From contig OZ316894.1 of assembly GCA_973895155.1 (NCBI GenBank), forward strand, positions 3,372,944 to 3,436,943: 64,000 nt of DNA. Direction: 5' to 3'. This DNA is from Marsupella aquatica. Taxonomy: Eukaryota > Plantae > Marchantiophyta. The notes beneath the pieces were generated by a model. That model did not search any database and was not told where the DNA came from. It saw nothing but the letters and a program-made list of their open reading frames with translations. The position numbers were made by a program, and so were the translations under genes. Position 1 is the first letter of the stretch. The number at the start of each line of letters is the position of its first letter. Positions 47,926 through 62,779 of the stretch are shown piece after piece.

Positions 47926-50654
47926 TATGCAAAACAAATTCTAGGTGTCCAGAGCTATGCATAGACCCCACTCTATGCTGCCCGAACAACTGAAATTAAG
48001 TAAAAAACAAATTCGAAGTGTCAAGAGCTATGTCCTGGCAAAACAAATCTAAGTGTCAAGAGCTATGTCCGGACCTTACTCTTTGCACCCAAACAATTGA
48101 AATTATGCAAAATTAACAAATTCTAAGTGTGAGGACTTACTTCTTGGGTGGGTTTGTTTCAAAAGGGGGATTTAAACTCAGCACCTCTCCACTCAGATGG
48201 CCTGCCCCTTACTCATAGCATGGTTTGTATCCATATATGTAAGGAGCCCAGGCGTCAGGCAGCAATTGCCAGGTAGTAGGGGCGAACAGCCTGACTCTGC
48301 CATTGCAGCACATCCAGGGACTCATTGCCCCAAATATTGCCAACACTATTTGTCTAGCCCGGATCTTTTGTTGTTACATTTCAATTAAAATTATCAGGAT
48401 TCAATATTTGGAGAAATGGTGATTAATTTTATACTGCAAAGATGTACTACCACCAGCCATCTAAAATCATGGAGCCCTCATTCTCATATTCGGAAATGAT
48501 CAGTCAGTGGGCAAATCTTCTTATGCACACATCTTAACAGAGTCCCAAGGAGCCACAAAAGAATATATATATATATATGCTATCTAAAACCCGCATCTAA
48601 TTTCCATCCTGTCAGTATTTGTTACTTAGTTTCCAGGTGGTCATGGAATACAGTACAATTAAGGACGGTGGAAATTAAACAAATAGCACTCAGGAGGTGA
48701 ATAATATTAGAGAGCTTGATCCCTCAGACAAAGCTGGGTGGAAAGTATATTTTCTTGCTTTTCTGGTCTTTGTAGTTCCATGTTGAGATAATCCCCACAA
48801 GAAGACCTAGAGAGAGAACTACCATTGGCGCAAGACATTGAGGTCAATGGTTGAATATACTGGCATGTAATTCTTTTTTTGCCTAAAAAAAACCTATTGA
48901 AACTAGTTCAAAAATCCAGCATACACCATGGGTGGCCCACAAAAGGGGGTCTGCACCCGGGGGACCAAAGGTTGCAGAGCCCAAGGAACCAAAGAGGCCC
49001 GCACCAGGAGAGAAGCGAGGAGAGAAGCAGGCACAGCAAGAAATTAAGGAACTAAAAGAGAAATTTAACTGCTATATATAGAAGGACCGGCAAAACTCCA
49101 AAGACCGGCCAGTGGATATTAAGGACTGCTCTTAGTCTTGTGACTCAAAGGTTATGGCAATTAGGTTAACCTTAGTTAGGGATTTAGCTGAGGTTAGGTT
49201 AGTCGTGTGTGACCTTGCATATATACCAAGGCTAGTGTAAGCCGCTGGTATGTGGTGCTTGCTCATTGCAACGGAATAACTTGAGGAAGAGAGAGAGCTT
49301 GTGTGTTTTGACTACTGTGAAGTAAAGTTGGAGTGTTCGTGTGGACATAGCCTTGGAGAAGAAGTGAATCACGTATGGATTATGTCGACTATGTGTGCAT
49401 GGTATGAGTTATGATTGTATTATCATGAAGGAAGATGTCATACTTCAATAGTGGAGAGGTACTTGAGAGCCACCTAAGAGTGGGTCCATAATAAAGCAAA
49501 ACAATATCAGTCTAGCCTGGCATGTATTTCTTGAAAGAAAAATGAGGTCTGATAATGATTGGGACCAAGGAATTCCGAGGACGTGACCAATGCAGCGTCA
49601 CTTGCTCCAAATTAAATAATGGCAAATGTCCTGTCTGAACTGAACCAGGTCACTCTAGGAGTGATAAATTATCACCTGCCTCATTTGAAAGAGTGAGGAT
49701 CAAGATCTGCAAAAATATTAGCTAGTACTCAACCGTAGTGCCAACGGAGGGGAAACTGACGGCTGGAGTGCCAACACAATGAGTCCGCATTGCTATTTGC
49801 CCCCACAACAAGTTATAGATTGATGGATTCAAGGACAAAGTTTCAAATAACAATGTTTTACTCCATGTATGGAAAGGTATGTTACTAGTATCTGCCATCT
49901 GGTTTCCGGCTTGCATATGACCTTGCGCGCACTTCTTGACATACAGGTAATAAAGTGATTTTTTGCACTACTTTTTACTTTGTATATGAGCTCAGATCCC
50001 GGCTCAGATATTATTCATATATCTCATGGGTATTCGGTTACCAAGCCATTTCTTTAATAGACCTTAATTCAGTTGATTTGTTTTGGTTCTATTTTTTAGT
50101 AACTTAGTGGTCTAGTTCCTTAGTTTGAAATCTTACTAATAAACAGTGAACATACGCTACTTTCAAAGGCTAGGGTCTAGAGTGAAGCCTCTAGAGTACT
50201 GTAACCCCAAATATGGACAAAACTGAACTCCATAATAAGCACAAAGTGAAGGTGAAAAAAATGGGATGGGGCAAATATAAATGAGAAATAACCTATAATT
50301 TTTTTTAACAAAATTGTGCTTTCGTTTCATCTCTATTTAGTTACGTGCAAGTAACAGGTGATCAGGCTAGTCTTGCTAATAATTCACAAATGAAAGCTAC
50401 TTTTAAGGCCTACGGCCTAGAGTGAAGCCTCTAGACCGTGACTCTACTCTAACTCACAAAACACAAAGGGAAAGACAAACCAAAACAGCTAAGAATCATT
50501 TTTGTCCTCGTCACTCTCTTTTGGTTCAAGGAAGGGGTAGTCAAGTCTCAACCCCCTCAAACAGAACACTGACTCCAAAGCAGCTTCCTTGATGTAAAAA
50601 ACAATTCTAGTATGAACACATGCATTCCAATCTCAATCTGATAGTCATAGTGAG

Positions 50655-53600
50655 TCAGAAATATAATGTCCAGTATAGGCCCTCCTCCTTGAGAAGGTCA
50701 TCTAAAGTTCTTATACTGAGTGCTTCTTGACCTGTCTTCTGAATATTCAGCAAGAACTCAAGAACAAAATTCATGGATGGGCGATTTCCAGGCAGCAGCC
50801 TTGCACAAAAAATACCTAATTGTAATGTTAACATCATTTGCTTCCTAATGATAGCGTTACTAGCACCCTCAATTTTGAGAGTTGGGGTGAGGACGTTGAA
50901 TGGTGTAATTTCAGGTGTAATATTTGACTCTTGAAAACTGTGCTGCACTGTGGCCACTAGATCCTCATCTTGGCCAGAAGGGGTCATGCTTTGAGATTGT
51001 GTTACTGGTTTTCCGGTCAAGAGCTCAAGCAGAACCACTCCAAAGCTATAAACATCGCCTTTGGTGCTGACTCTTGCACCTGTCCCATACTCTGGATGTC
51101 CAAAGTATCCCACACTGTTGTTAGGAAGAAAACAACATTACTCCAAAATCAAGAGTAATGTCAGCCCACAATACCAATAAGTATTGATCTCTTAGTACTA
51201 CTCTAGTATCTCAAGTTGCAATTTTGGTGCTGGTTTGAATGCGTCACAATGAACAAGTATAGGTAGATGATAATTCGGCGACTGAATGCTTTTATTAGCC
51301 AGGACCTGATGTAGCCTACCCTACTAGAGTACTCGAGTATATGAATGCCCCATAATTATAATACAGAGAGTAACTACTGTATCATATCAAATGGCAGTAA
51401 TGGGTTTGGTATCTCACTGGGTTAAACTTTCTCTGTTGGGGAAAAAAATATCAAATGTTGCCTACATTTTCTAGTTGGAAAACTCTAACCAGTTTTCAGT
51501 TTTATTTCAGCTGTTAGGAAGGACCCACCATGATTGTAGATCCGTGACCATGTGGCCCAACCAGAAAGTGCATGCTCGCCAATTACTGATTTTATTAATT
51601 GTGGATACAAAAGCCAAGGAGAGAAGACTCTGGTCAGACAGACTCCTGGCTATACCTCGAAATCTGCCTGTGCTCTAGCAAGTCTTGTTTCCAAGTTATG
51701 CAATTAATCCTCATTCCAGTCACTCTGTAGATTAAGTAGAATATAGTTAATTAGTAGAAGACGCTCACCTGGAGGCATGTAGCCAAAGGTGCCACAAACT
51801 GTCGAGGCAGACACTTCCCCATTCTCCCCATGATTATTGTATGCCACGAACTTGGAAATCCCAAAGTCACACAGTTTTGGTTCCAAATCTGCATCCAGAA
51901 GTATGTTGCTTGGCTTCAAATCCCTATGTATGATCGGGTTTGGACGTTCATGGTGAAGGTACACCAATCGATGCGTCACACCCAAGAGTATGTTCAATCT
52001 TTCTGCCCAAGTCAACTCACACGGTGTATCCCCATGCAGATTCGCATGTAAGCTTCCCTTGGGCATGTATTCGAGCAAGATGGCTTTCAGATCCACACTC
52101 GAGTACATCCCGACAACCTTAATGATATTGCGGTGCCGCAACTGAGCAAGAGTCTGCGCCTCACTAACATCTCCTTCTCATCATGCTGCCCCCCCTCAAT
52201 TGTAGGAGCCCTCGATCCTTGAAAACTTTGATATCGATGATCTCACCGCCAGGTAAATCCGCCCTGTACACAATGCTTTTGGCGCCGTTTCCAATTGCAG
52301 AGTCCCCCCCCGCTGTCCTTCTTGTCATAACAACGGGAGGAGATATACAAGGCTCCAACGAACAGTACAACGAACCCCAGAGCAGAAACCACAGATATCC
52401 ACACTTGGGGGCATTCAAAACCGTTGCAATTGGACCTCGAGCCCACTGGCGAACCTATTCCAACAGGACAGGGTCGTTGAGGCCCAAGAATAGCTCCACA
52501 CAGCCCAGGAATTCCCAAAAATGAAGCCGTCGTCAGATGATCCTGGAAAGCACCTGAATTAGGAATCGGCCCACTGAAGTTGTTATAAGAAGCGTTGAAG
52601 GTCGTGAGATTCTGAAGCAGTCCAAGATCTTTAGGAATTGCTCCTGACAACTTATTGAAAGAGAGGTCCAAGCTTTCGAGCAAAGGACATCCTCCAAGGC
52701 CCAAAGGAATCGGTCCTGAGATATTGTTGACGGATACATTTATCACAACAATCTGGTTCAATTCAGTAAGTTGTGATGGCCATGAACCAGAAAATAGATT
52801 GCCGGATAGATTCAATATGGCCAGAGAAGACATTGTTGCAAAAGCTTCCCCGGGAATACTGCCGGTCAGCCTATTCTGTGAAAAATCCACTGATAGCAGC
52901 TGTGTACAATTGCCCAAGGAAGCCGGAAGCACCCCGATGAATTTGTTTGCAGACATATCCAATTGCTGCAAATTGATAAGTTGGCCAATCTCCGCTGGTA
53001 TCGAACTACCCAAGTTATTGTCACTGAGGTCAAGGGTTTCCATCAAGTGAAAGTTCCTGAGGAGCTCCGCTGCAACACTTCCAGAAAGCTGATTCCGGCC
53101 AAGGAAAAGAAATTGTAGATTGGTCAAATTGGCGAGCCCGCGGGGAATTTGTCCACTCAGGATATTTCGGCCCAATCCCAAATAATTTAGGTTCGAGCAA
53201 TTGCTGAAGGATTCTGGAACCGGGCCATGGAAATAATTATAACTGGCATGAAAGCCCAGCAAAAGCTGGAAGCTTCCAAAATCTCCATCTAACTCCCCAT
53301 TGAATGAATTATTTTGGAGTTCTATTCTTTGCAAGCTCGACGTTAGATTGTAGATGAAATTAGGGAAAGGACCAGAGAGAAGGTTCTGGCCAATCACGAG
53401 ATATGCCAATTGTGACAGGTGTCCTAACTCAGCGGGAACCTGACCGCTCAGCTGATTGATCTCAAGGACAAGGTTGTATATGGCAGTGCAATTTCTGAGC
53501 GAAGGTGGAATCACTCCGGACAAATTGTTGAACGCCACGAAAAACTGACGAAGTTGGGAAAGTTGACCTATCTCTGTGGGAATTTCACCTTGAAGATTCA

Positions 53601-55046
53601 TGTCAGCTAAATAGACGTCCTGCAAATTTTGCAATGACACTATCCAAGGGCGCAGACCGTTAGGATAAAATCCTGGGTTGTCAGCCAACGTGAGGCCTTG
53701 TAAACGTGAACAATTGGATAACGACGCGGGAATTAAGCCACTGAATAAGTTTTCGGAAAGATATAGTTGTTCCATGTTTCTCAGCAAACCTATTTCATCT
53801 GGGATAGAACCCGTTAAGTGGTTTCGGCTCAAAAGAAGGTACGCAAGGGAGGTCGCGTTGAATATGGATCTCGGAATCTCTCCGACGAGACCACAATTTC
53901 TGAACTCCAAAACTTCCAAAATAGGCAGTGAACCGATCTCAGGTAGAATCTCAGATCCATCCCACACATTGTATTCCAATCCCAGAAAGGTAAGATTTGA
54001 TAATTGGCTCCAGGTTTGAGGTAGCTGACCAACGAATCGATTGACACCTAGGTTGAGCTCCTGCAGCGAAGTGAGATTCAACGTCCATATTGGGAAACTC
54101 CCCTCAAAGCTGCATAGTAATACGCGAAAATCTTGCAAGTGAATCAGCTCCCCCAACTGGAACGGGAGTTCCCCTCCCAATCTTATATAGTAGCTCAACC
54201 ACATCTGGGTAAGTGATGAGCAGTTACCCAAAGTAGATGGAATGGAGCCAGAAATTGAGCAGTTCTCTAGACTCAGAAACTCCAAGTACGACAAGGCGCC
54301 AAATTCAGGAGGAATGCCTCCGTCAAAAGAATTATGACCTAAATCCAAATGTCTTAGAGCCGAGCAGTTGCCCAGTGATCTTGGAATCCCTCCAGTGAGG
54401 TTGTTGTTGGACAAGTCTAGAATTGAAGTTTGTCAAGATTTCCGACTGGAGGAGGGATAATTTCGTTGAGTTCATTGAAGGACACATTGAGATGCAACAA
54501 ATTGGAGCAGTTGCCAAGACTAGTTGGTATGGAGCCGTGCAACAAGTTCCGCGAGAGATCCAGATGCTGCAGATTTAAAAGCTGACCAAGGAGGGTTGAG
54601 ACTGTTCCAACCAGGTTAAGGCCTGCCAGATTGAGGGTGGTGACATGCTTGGAGTTCGCTGCACATCCAACCCCTGGCCATCTACAGGGATCAGAGTCAT
54701 TTGCGTGCCAGCTATTGAGCACTCCCAGGGGATCGCCCGTGATTTCGCTCTTGAAACCAATGAGAATTTCCACATCCTTGCTAGCCTTGGCGGGGTTGAT
54801 TTTTACGTTTTGGTGAAGTGAGTGTCGTCTCCTTCCCTCGGCGGATGTGGAAAGAGGAGTACTGGACGCAGCAGTGGCGATTAGATTGAACGTTGGTATG
54901 TCAGCTCGTCCCATTCTCCTTAAAGCTATAGCATGACTCTCTATACTGCTGCCAGTAGAACCGCACAAAGACAATTGCCCCTTTGCGAGGATCACAACCG
55001 TGATGATAAGATGCTGGAGAAGAGTGCCTCGAATAGTTGCTGCCAT
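50655..55046 (-). pseudogene. LRR receptor-like kinase copy B (LRR-XII-like), with multiple lesions
   Basis: Paralog of copy A. It has a 1-bp deletion near 54420, a juxtamembrane deletion near 52310 and further 1-bp deletions at about 52165-52210. The intron is 51092-51768 and the last exon 50655-51091. Confidence 0.9.
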
Positions 55047-57267
55047 GCTGACGCTCTGCCAGATGATGGATCCACGAACTCTTTCCTAGTGCGTCGACAG
55101 TATGAGCATCACTGATCGAACCACGCAATCACTCTCTGCATTTCGCATTGCTCAAATGGTCAGAGGACTGACTAATCAGACCCTAAGTCAGCCTTACGAC
55201 AGCCCTACACTAGACGAGTGCTCTAAAGGTACAAGAGTGATCAGAACACCGCACCCGAATTGAAAGGCGGCGACGTCTGAATAATCCATCTGCGGTAAAC
55301 CAGACCATTGTGCACCACTCTTTGAATCTTTTCATTTAGGTGAGCATTCGGAAAAAAGTCCAGTTAGTACGCAGTACGTTACATGAGAAGACAGATAAGA
55401 AAGCAGGGCCGGATGCCCGGATAAGCCCAGCTTACCAGCACGAATGAACGTTATGATTCTGACGTCCACTGGTAAGGTAGAGGTCGAAGAGTGGCTCGAT
55501 TGTCCCCAGACAGATGGAACTGACGAGAAGGAGCCTGCAAGCCTGTTTGCTTTGGCTGCTCACACACGCACCTTCAGATACTCACACCTTCAGCATAGAG
55601 CACAGAGGACATCCAAAGGAATTCCCGGACCTGGGAATCAGATGGGCAGCACAACTGTCAGTAGAGTTCAAATTCCGAGGGCTCTACTAGTGGGGAGTCC
55701 AACGTCCCGGTCCCACGTGCACCATAGAGGAATTGCAATGGTTTGGATGACTTGTCTGCGCACAGGTCCGATTAATGACGATACTCGTGGACTCGTACAC
55801 AATATAACCTGTCTAGAGGTAGTAACGCAGAGAGTCTCGTGTAACATGAGATTTACAATCTCACGTATTCTTTGAGTCCCGTGCGGTAGGACACACAAAT
55901 GCTCCTAGCTTCCTCGTCCTGCTCTCTCTGCGCGGGCACGCAGGTTGGACACAGGCTGGAATTACATTCAGTTGATTATGTAATGAAAGCGGTGTTTCAA
56001 GCAGCACAACAGCCATCGATCAGGAGGGCACAACAGTCGTCAGGAGGGCAAACAAATGCAAACTAAGAAGAAGGTAACATTTCTTTGACGGCAACTTTGT
56101 CAATCACAGCGATTTTTCAAGCAGCAGGCAGTCATGAGTCAGCTGAATGGGTCTCGTTCGTCCTCGTTGCGATTTCTACGTCATGACGTCTCCTGGATTT
56201 CAAGAATGGGTACGCGATGCTAGTCAACAGTACGGGTACAGTCCTACACATGTATCGATGGATGGGAACGCTACCTCGATCCCAATCTCGCTTCCTCCTG
56301 CTCGTCGCTGAAGTGGAGCTCTCGCGTCGAATTGGAGGTCTCGCTCACACTGGAGTGCGCACCGTCTAATTATTGCAAGAGTTCGGGATTTTATAAATGT
56401 GCTCTGAGAAACAGTGTGGACTATGGTTGAACTTTTACGCCCATTCGGAACTGGCTACCGTAGACTGGTCCAAGCTTAGGTTAGGGGTTACAATAAAATT
56501 TCTGGGCTCTTGACTTTGTCTGGTTACGTACCAACTTGATTTTCTGGGTTTGGTTGGTTCAGAATGTTGGTCAACTTCACTGTTTGTTGAATATGTTGGT
56601 CAATGTGTCACATTTGTACAAAAAGTTGCATGGACAAAATATTGGATAGTTTTGTATGGGGAAAAAACAAAATTGCATGCTAGTCAGTTTGGGATGATTT
56701 TATTTCATATTAATTTTTACTGTTCTTACTAGTAGGAGAAGGATAAAGGGACCAGTTTACTATAATAGGACCAAGTAAACTTTACAAAGAAGGAACAAAG
56801 AAAGAGGTATAGACATGACAAACTCAGAAGAAGAGGCCAAATGCAATAATGTGATGATCTAACAATCAACACTACTCAAGGAACTAATTTTTCAAGTGGG
56901 ACATGGATGTGTTGTAAGGGGGCAAGCCTCTACTCACCTGTGGTGCACTAGTAGTACCCATGGCTATAGATGTATAATATGGCCAGGGGATCTCACTATA
57001 TGAAGCCCCCCACACGGCATCCAATCCATGTGTTGTAGTCTTGAGCACCAAGGATGGGGGGCTCGTCAAACCAGCAGGCCAATGCAAGCATCATAGCAGC
57101 ACCCATGCAGTAGGGCCAAACAGGCAAAAACAGCCTAGAAGGAGAAAAAAAAAAGGTGGGGGGGCAGGCCCAGGTATAGTGGGTACACCAAGACCTAAGT
57201 TGCCATCCTAAACCCACAAAGCACTCAAAGAGTATAAGCAAACATCACTGCACCACCTTCACAGATG

Positions 57268-57707
57268 TGTTAGATATTTACTCAAGGTCTAGGGTTATGA
57301 CATGTAACCGTAGTTAGACTAACCATAGTCGGAGATGTGGTTAGGTTAACTAGGATGCACACTATATGCCAAGCGGTGTTTGCTTGGATAAATGGAACTT
57401 AGGCTCATTGTTATGGAGCCACTTGAGAGATGAGGAGAGCTTACACTATAGAGACTTGGTATAGCCGACGGACTTAGAGTTCAATAAAGCTCTCTTGTGT
57501 ATTCCCGTGGATGTAGCCTTGAGGAGGTGAACCACGTATCTCTTGTGTCGACTACTTGCGTGTTGGATGTGTCATGTGCTTACCATTACAAGTGTCGTCT
57601 ATGCTCAACAAGATGGACTCACATTCAAGATTAATCTAGAGAGGATTGACCCTCCATCTTGAGGTAGTGAAATGCTTGGAATGTGCAATAAGTGAGTGTT
57701 TCCAACA
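57268..57707 (+). mobile_element. Degenerate solo LTR-like fragment
   Basis: TGTTAG...CCAACA ends and the cccgtggatgtagcc...gaaccacgtat motif (related motif also at about 49340-49375). No TSD. Confidence 0.5.
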
Positions 57708-59545
57708 AATCACCAAGTGACAGCCAAACCTATTCAACCTTCAAGTACAGGTGACCGCCAGTCTAAATTAATGGCAAGCATACACGCAATCCAGTGTGAG
57801 ATTGAGTAAGAGTAGTCAAGGACCAATTCTCATCGAATGTTCTCTTCCAGCTCCAATCACGGCTATGGCCCTTAATAATCTTGTATGTCGATTCCCTGGG
57901 GATGGGGCCGCTCTGAGAGCAGTCAGGCGATTCAAAGCTTCCACCATTACCAATTGTGGATTAAAGGAGGGTCTTAATTCGATCCAGGTGAAAGGTCTGT
58001 CCATTCCTAGACAGCCATTGATTTAATATCCTGAGATCAACTTAAGAAAACAAGATTTATTTTAATCATTCTAAGCCCTAGCTTTTTAGAATATCTTCCA
58101 AATTTTGGTTTTAAAAATACTGTCTTTTCTTATAATGCTCAAAAGTGGATTTAAATAACCATATATAACGGTCTTTCATAAGTTTCTTAAAGTTTGCTAT
58201 ATGGAACCAAGAAGGTGGCCCCATACTTTGTCGCACATGGTCTGTCATTTTTTATGAAGTGAGACCCCCAAGTGTCCAATGGATCATTTGGGTTTGAGCA
58301 GAATATAACATTCATTTGCCAAAATCCGCTCATGGAAGTGGGTTGCAAAATGAATAGTACATGGTATGTGGAAAGGAGCGTAGCCTGTCCAACCCTATGG
58401 AAGCAACCCATGCATGAATTATATCTTGAGTTGCCATAGTCCTAGGAAAGGAGCCTGAGTGTCCTATGAAGCTACCCATCCATGGAGCCCATCAAACTGA
58501 GGATAGAGCCTCCCAAATATAATTATTGATAGCAAACCTTGAGGAGTAAACTATCTGATGAAGTGTGTACTGGTATTTATGCTCTTTTGCTGTTGCTGCT
58601 CATATTGTTCATATCCCTACCCATGATTGATGTGGAATCTTCATGGTGTCCTGGCGCAAAGGTTGGCTAGCACAACATCAACCAAGGTACACCTGCGCAC
58701 CATCTTGTATTATTGTTAGATCAGTGTGCAATCGGGTGTGCAATCTCTATAGACTGAGGACTGATTGAGATCCTGAGTCTAGGCATGGCTCTTTGGCAGT
58801 GTTATATCTAATTATATTCATAGTTAAGGGGTACAACCTAAAATTTCCTACACTTAAATGAAGCTTTGAGATTGTGAATAAAGAATTACAAACTTCCCCG
58901 CTCATACAAAGGGGAGTTGGGTGCCCAACCTTGTGGTTCCCTCAAATGTTGTAGACCTGCCGCTCTCACAATGAGGTCTTCTCACTCCAAGCACAACCAC
59001 AAAGTCAGCACTTTTTTTGAAGTTGAATCTAAGACTGACGGACTTCCGTACCTCATAGCCTGATCAAGTGCACAATTTGTGACAGATGTACTTGGCTTCA
59101 TAGATGCTTAGTTAGTTTTCCATTGTGATTTAAATTCTGTATAGCCTAATGCCCATGTATCTCACTGTAACTAGTCCTTGCAAAAATCATTGCCTGATAA
59201 ATGTGTCATGGTGGATAATGTGTCCATTCAAAAAATGATGTGGCCATTGAACAAAATCAGGGTTTTCCATTGTGCAGATGGCTGCAAGGGGAAAGCAGGC
59301 GGATCCTCTAAGGATGTGAATGACTATGATGTGAATGGGCAAATTGGAAGTAGTTAAAAAGAGTAACTGGGTAGGGGGACAGCTGAGGCAAAAAGCTAGG
59401 GGAGACAATGAAAGTAAGAATAAATTCATCCACAAGGACAAGTCAAACCATAGTTATGGTCTTCTAGCTTGGTCCCACAGATCTTTTGAGATTTATATCT
59501 AGCTTTGACTAAGGATGTGTCTCTCCTTTCTCTCTAAGATTAGAT

Positions 59546-59944
59546 TCCCTGAACCAAGTGACTTAGGTCACATGATCCTGGAACTGAAAGGTCCCAGGTT
59601 CAATCCCCCCTCCACCCACAGGGTATATGTACATGTAGAGGGTAAGTATATATGTGTGTGTGTCGGGGTGTGTGTGTGTGTCGGGGTGTGTGTGTGTGTG
59701 TGTGTGGGTGGGATGGGTTTTGTGGGTAGTGGATGTGAATTGTGATTACCTACCTGGCCCCTGGTTGTCCACTTTGTGGCCTTGCTTGAGTCCTCTCTCC
59801 CTCCTGGTGCAGGTCCCTGTCAGATCAGTGAGGGTTCACCCTGAAATGGGTTCCCTATTTTTAATTTGTGTCCCTATTGGGGTGGCGAGAGCCTACTAAG
59901 TAAGTGTTCTTCATCATTTCTAACAAGACCAAAAAAACCAAAAA
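59546..59944 (+). mobile_element. Probable tRNA-derived SINE with an internal (GT)n tract
   Basis: B-box-like GGTTCAATCC near 59597, A-rich tail, flanking direct repeat ATTAGAT (59539-59545 and 59945-59951); it interrupts the older repeat that lacks it near 46750-46800. Confidence 0.6.
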
Positions 59945-60764
59945 ATTAGATAGGTCCTGTGCTAGATGTACCCTTATCTTGGATGGTGTAGTGGTAACTG
60001 CACACCAAATAGGAGTAGTTAGATACCTAAACAGAACAACATTCACGACTCAGTCATGTAAAAGAGGAGTTGGGTCACTTTTTTAAATTAAAAAATAGAG
60101 GTTAAAGCTTTATTATTATTATTTTATTTTTTAAAGGGGATATCTATTCTGTGAAACCCCACATAAAGGGAATAGTCAGCCACAATAGTTGAAACGGTAC
60201 CTATCAGTGTCTCTATTCAAGTGAGCTACCACAAAGTCATACCTCTATGGGTCACTTTTATTATCTTAATATGGAAAATAGTCTCAGCCTGTGGTTGGGT
60301 ACTTGCCACCTAAACAAATTAGAGCGCATGGTGTTGCCTTTTGATGTGCAATTACCCCAGGCTCTTGTCTTTCTCTACAAGGAAGAAAATGAAGCATCAA
60401 GGAAAAAGCATTGGTCCACTGAAGTCAAACAATCTCCTAGGGGTGATCCACAAATTATTGTATCAGAGTATCTTAGATTTAATTTGTATATCAAAAGTTA
60501 TAATACAAGGTTGCGCCAAAAATGCACTGGTCCTCATGCAAAATTGAATTGTTGTTTTCAGTGCTAAAAAATGAAAACCTGAAAAGGTGGAAGGAATAAG
60601 CCAAAAGGGAATTGTTTAAAATAAAATAAAAATTAAAAAAATTAAAAAAAGGAATTGTTTTTTGTGTGGACGGTTTACCAAGCAAGAAGAAAAGGCATGA
60701 ACCAATCATGACCCTCCAGCAAAATATTGTTTCTTTCCACCATCAGATCTATCCATGTACTCCA

Positions 60765-61993
60765 TCTACTACTATAATAACGAGTTTCCGACCATCGTCC
60801 CATTACAAAAGTGAAAAAGGAGGGAACAATGTTCAGCCTTCAAATATTTTCTAGAATTATTTAAGATTCTTGGATTGAGTAAGATGGGTACCTAAGATTG
60901 GTTCTAAGTTATAGTACAAGAGAGGTATGCTTATAGTACTTTTTGGAATGGAACATTAAAGTGGAAGTATATTATTTTATTCTATTTAGAGTGCATTTTG
61001 ACATGGAGCATTAAAGTAAAAATAGATTGACTTGAGAAAATGATTTTTGGGTGGGAGCAAGCACTAAGGGGAAGTAGAGTAGATTGACAATTAGATTAGT
61101 TTGGTTTTTGCTCTTTAATTATTTTTTAATTTTTTGGAGGTTAATGTCTTTGTTGCACATTTTTTAACTCATTTTTAAATCTTTTTAATGATGTTAAAGG
61201 GAAGAAAAAAGGAGGAGGAGGAAGGAGGAGGCACTAGCTAGGAGGGCAAGAGGGGAAAGCAAGGAACGAAAGGGAGAGGATAGGAGGGCAAGAGGGGAAA
61301 GCAAGGAAAGAATAAACATGGTTTGAATAGATGCCTTGGAGGTTATCTTGCATCTCCAATTTCTATGTGCAAACGCACAAGTTATTAAACACCACCACAA
61401 CCACTTTACTTTACCTTGACATCTTTCTCTCATCTCACCATTTTTTTTCACATTGACATATTTATCTCACCACAGCATTTTTTCTCACCTTTGATATATT
61501 TTCTCTCCTTGACATCATTTTTCACCTAGCTTGACATCTTTTCCTCAACTCAACATCTTACCTTTTGCTCACCTTGACATATTTATCTCACTACAATATC
61601 TTTCCATCACCCTCAACATCTTTTCTCTCCTCGACATCTTTTACTCACCTTGCCATCTTTTCTGTCCTCAACCTCCTTTTCTTACCTTGACTTATTTTCC
61701 TCATCTCAACATCTCTTTCTCTCATTGACATCTTTTTCCACCTCCACATCTTTACCTCACCTCCTTATCTTTGCCTCTCCTTGAAATCTTGCCCTTGCCT
61801 CGACATCTTTCTCTCACCTCCCTATCTTTTCCTCACCTCGACATCCTGCCCTCATCTCGATCAACATATTTTGCCTCACCTCGAAATCTTGCCCTCTCCT
61901 TGACATCTTGCCCTCGTCTCAACATCTTTGCCTCTCCTCGACATCTTGCTCTCACCTCAAAATCTTTCGTGCAACGCGCGGGCAGCAGGCTAG
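60765..61993 (+). mobile_element. Non-autonomous Helitron
   Basis: 5' end A|TCTACTACTATAATAA; 3' hairpin cgtgcaacgcgcg followed by CTAG|T; internal pyrimidine-rich cctcgacatctt repeats. Confidence 0.75.
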
Positions 61994-62779
61994 TCTCAAA
62001 TAAATGTTTACATGAGCTGCCCTTTACCCTGCAGTCACCTATTCAAGATTAAAACCATTAATTAAAAATTAATTAAATTCATTTACATTTGAATTATTTA
62101 AATTTAAACAAAAATTAAAAACTTTGAAAATTTGTAAAACTATTGAATATAAATAATAAATAGAAATTATTTATTTCTCTGAAAATTTAAAACTAAAAAA
62201 AACATATTGTTCCTACCAGTTGATTGCGTTTGGACTGTATGATGTGGTGGCTGCTATCTCACATCTCCAATTTGCTATCTGACTCACATCTCCAATTTTT
62301 ACATGGAATCACTACCACAATAGGTACATGGTCATGATCACACATAACATGCGTCAACAAATACATTGTAAAGTTTATATGTTTTTGCCTTGCCTTGACA
62401 TCTTTTCTAATCTTACATTTTTTTTTCCGGCCTTGAGTAATCTATTCATTAAAAGTGAATTATTATTCAATTTGTGAACATTTGGGCAATAGAAAGTGTA
62501 CATTTGGCTTTCAAAAAGTGTACATTTGGGCAAGAAATAAAAGTGATGGCCATCAGACATACCACCATGTTCATCTTTTATAAATGAACTAGGACGAGAC
62601 TCCTTCTAGTAAAGATCATTTTTTCTCCCTCAAGTTTATAATTGACTATTTAGGTGTAGAGTATTGTACTATAGTATACCTTTTGGGGTTAAAAAGTGTA
62701 CATTTAGAGACCAAAAAGTGTACATTTCGAGACCTAAAAGTGAACAAAATAAAATACACTTTTAATGAATAGGGTGAGT

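Noticed and set aside
55444-55875. 143-aa ORF upstream of RLK copy B
   Set aside because: The paralogous region at 38838-39240 has indels that break the frame, so it is more likely non-coding leader or intron sequence.
59546-59615. tRNA gene
   Set aside because: A B-box is present but no cloverleaf or acceptor stem could be built; treated as a SINE head.
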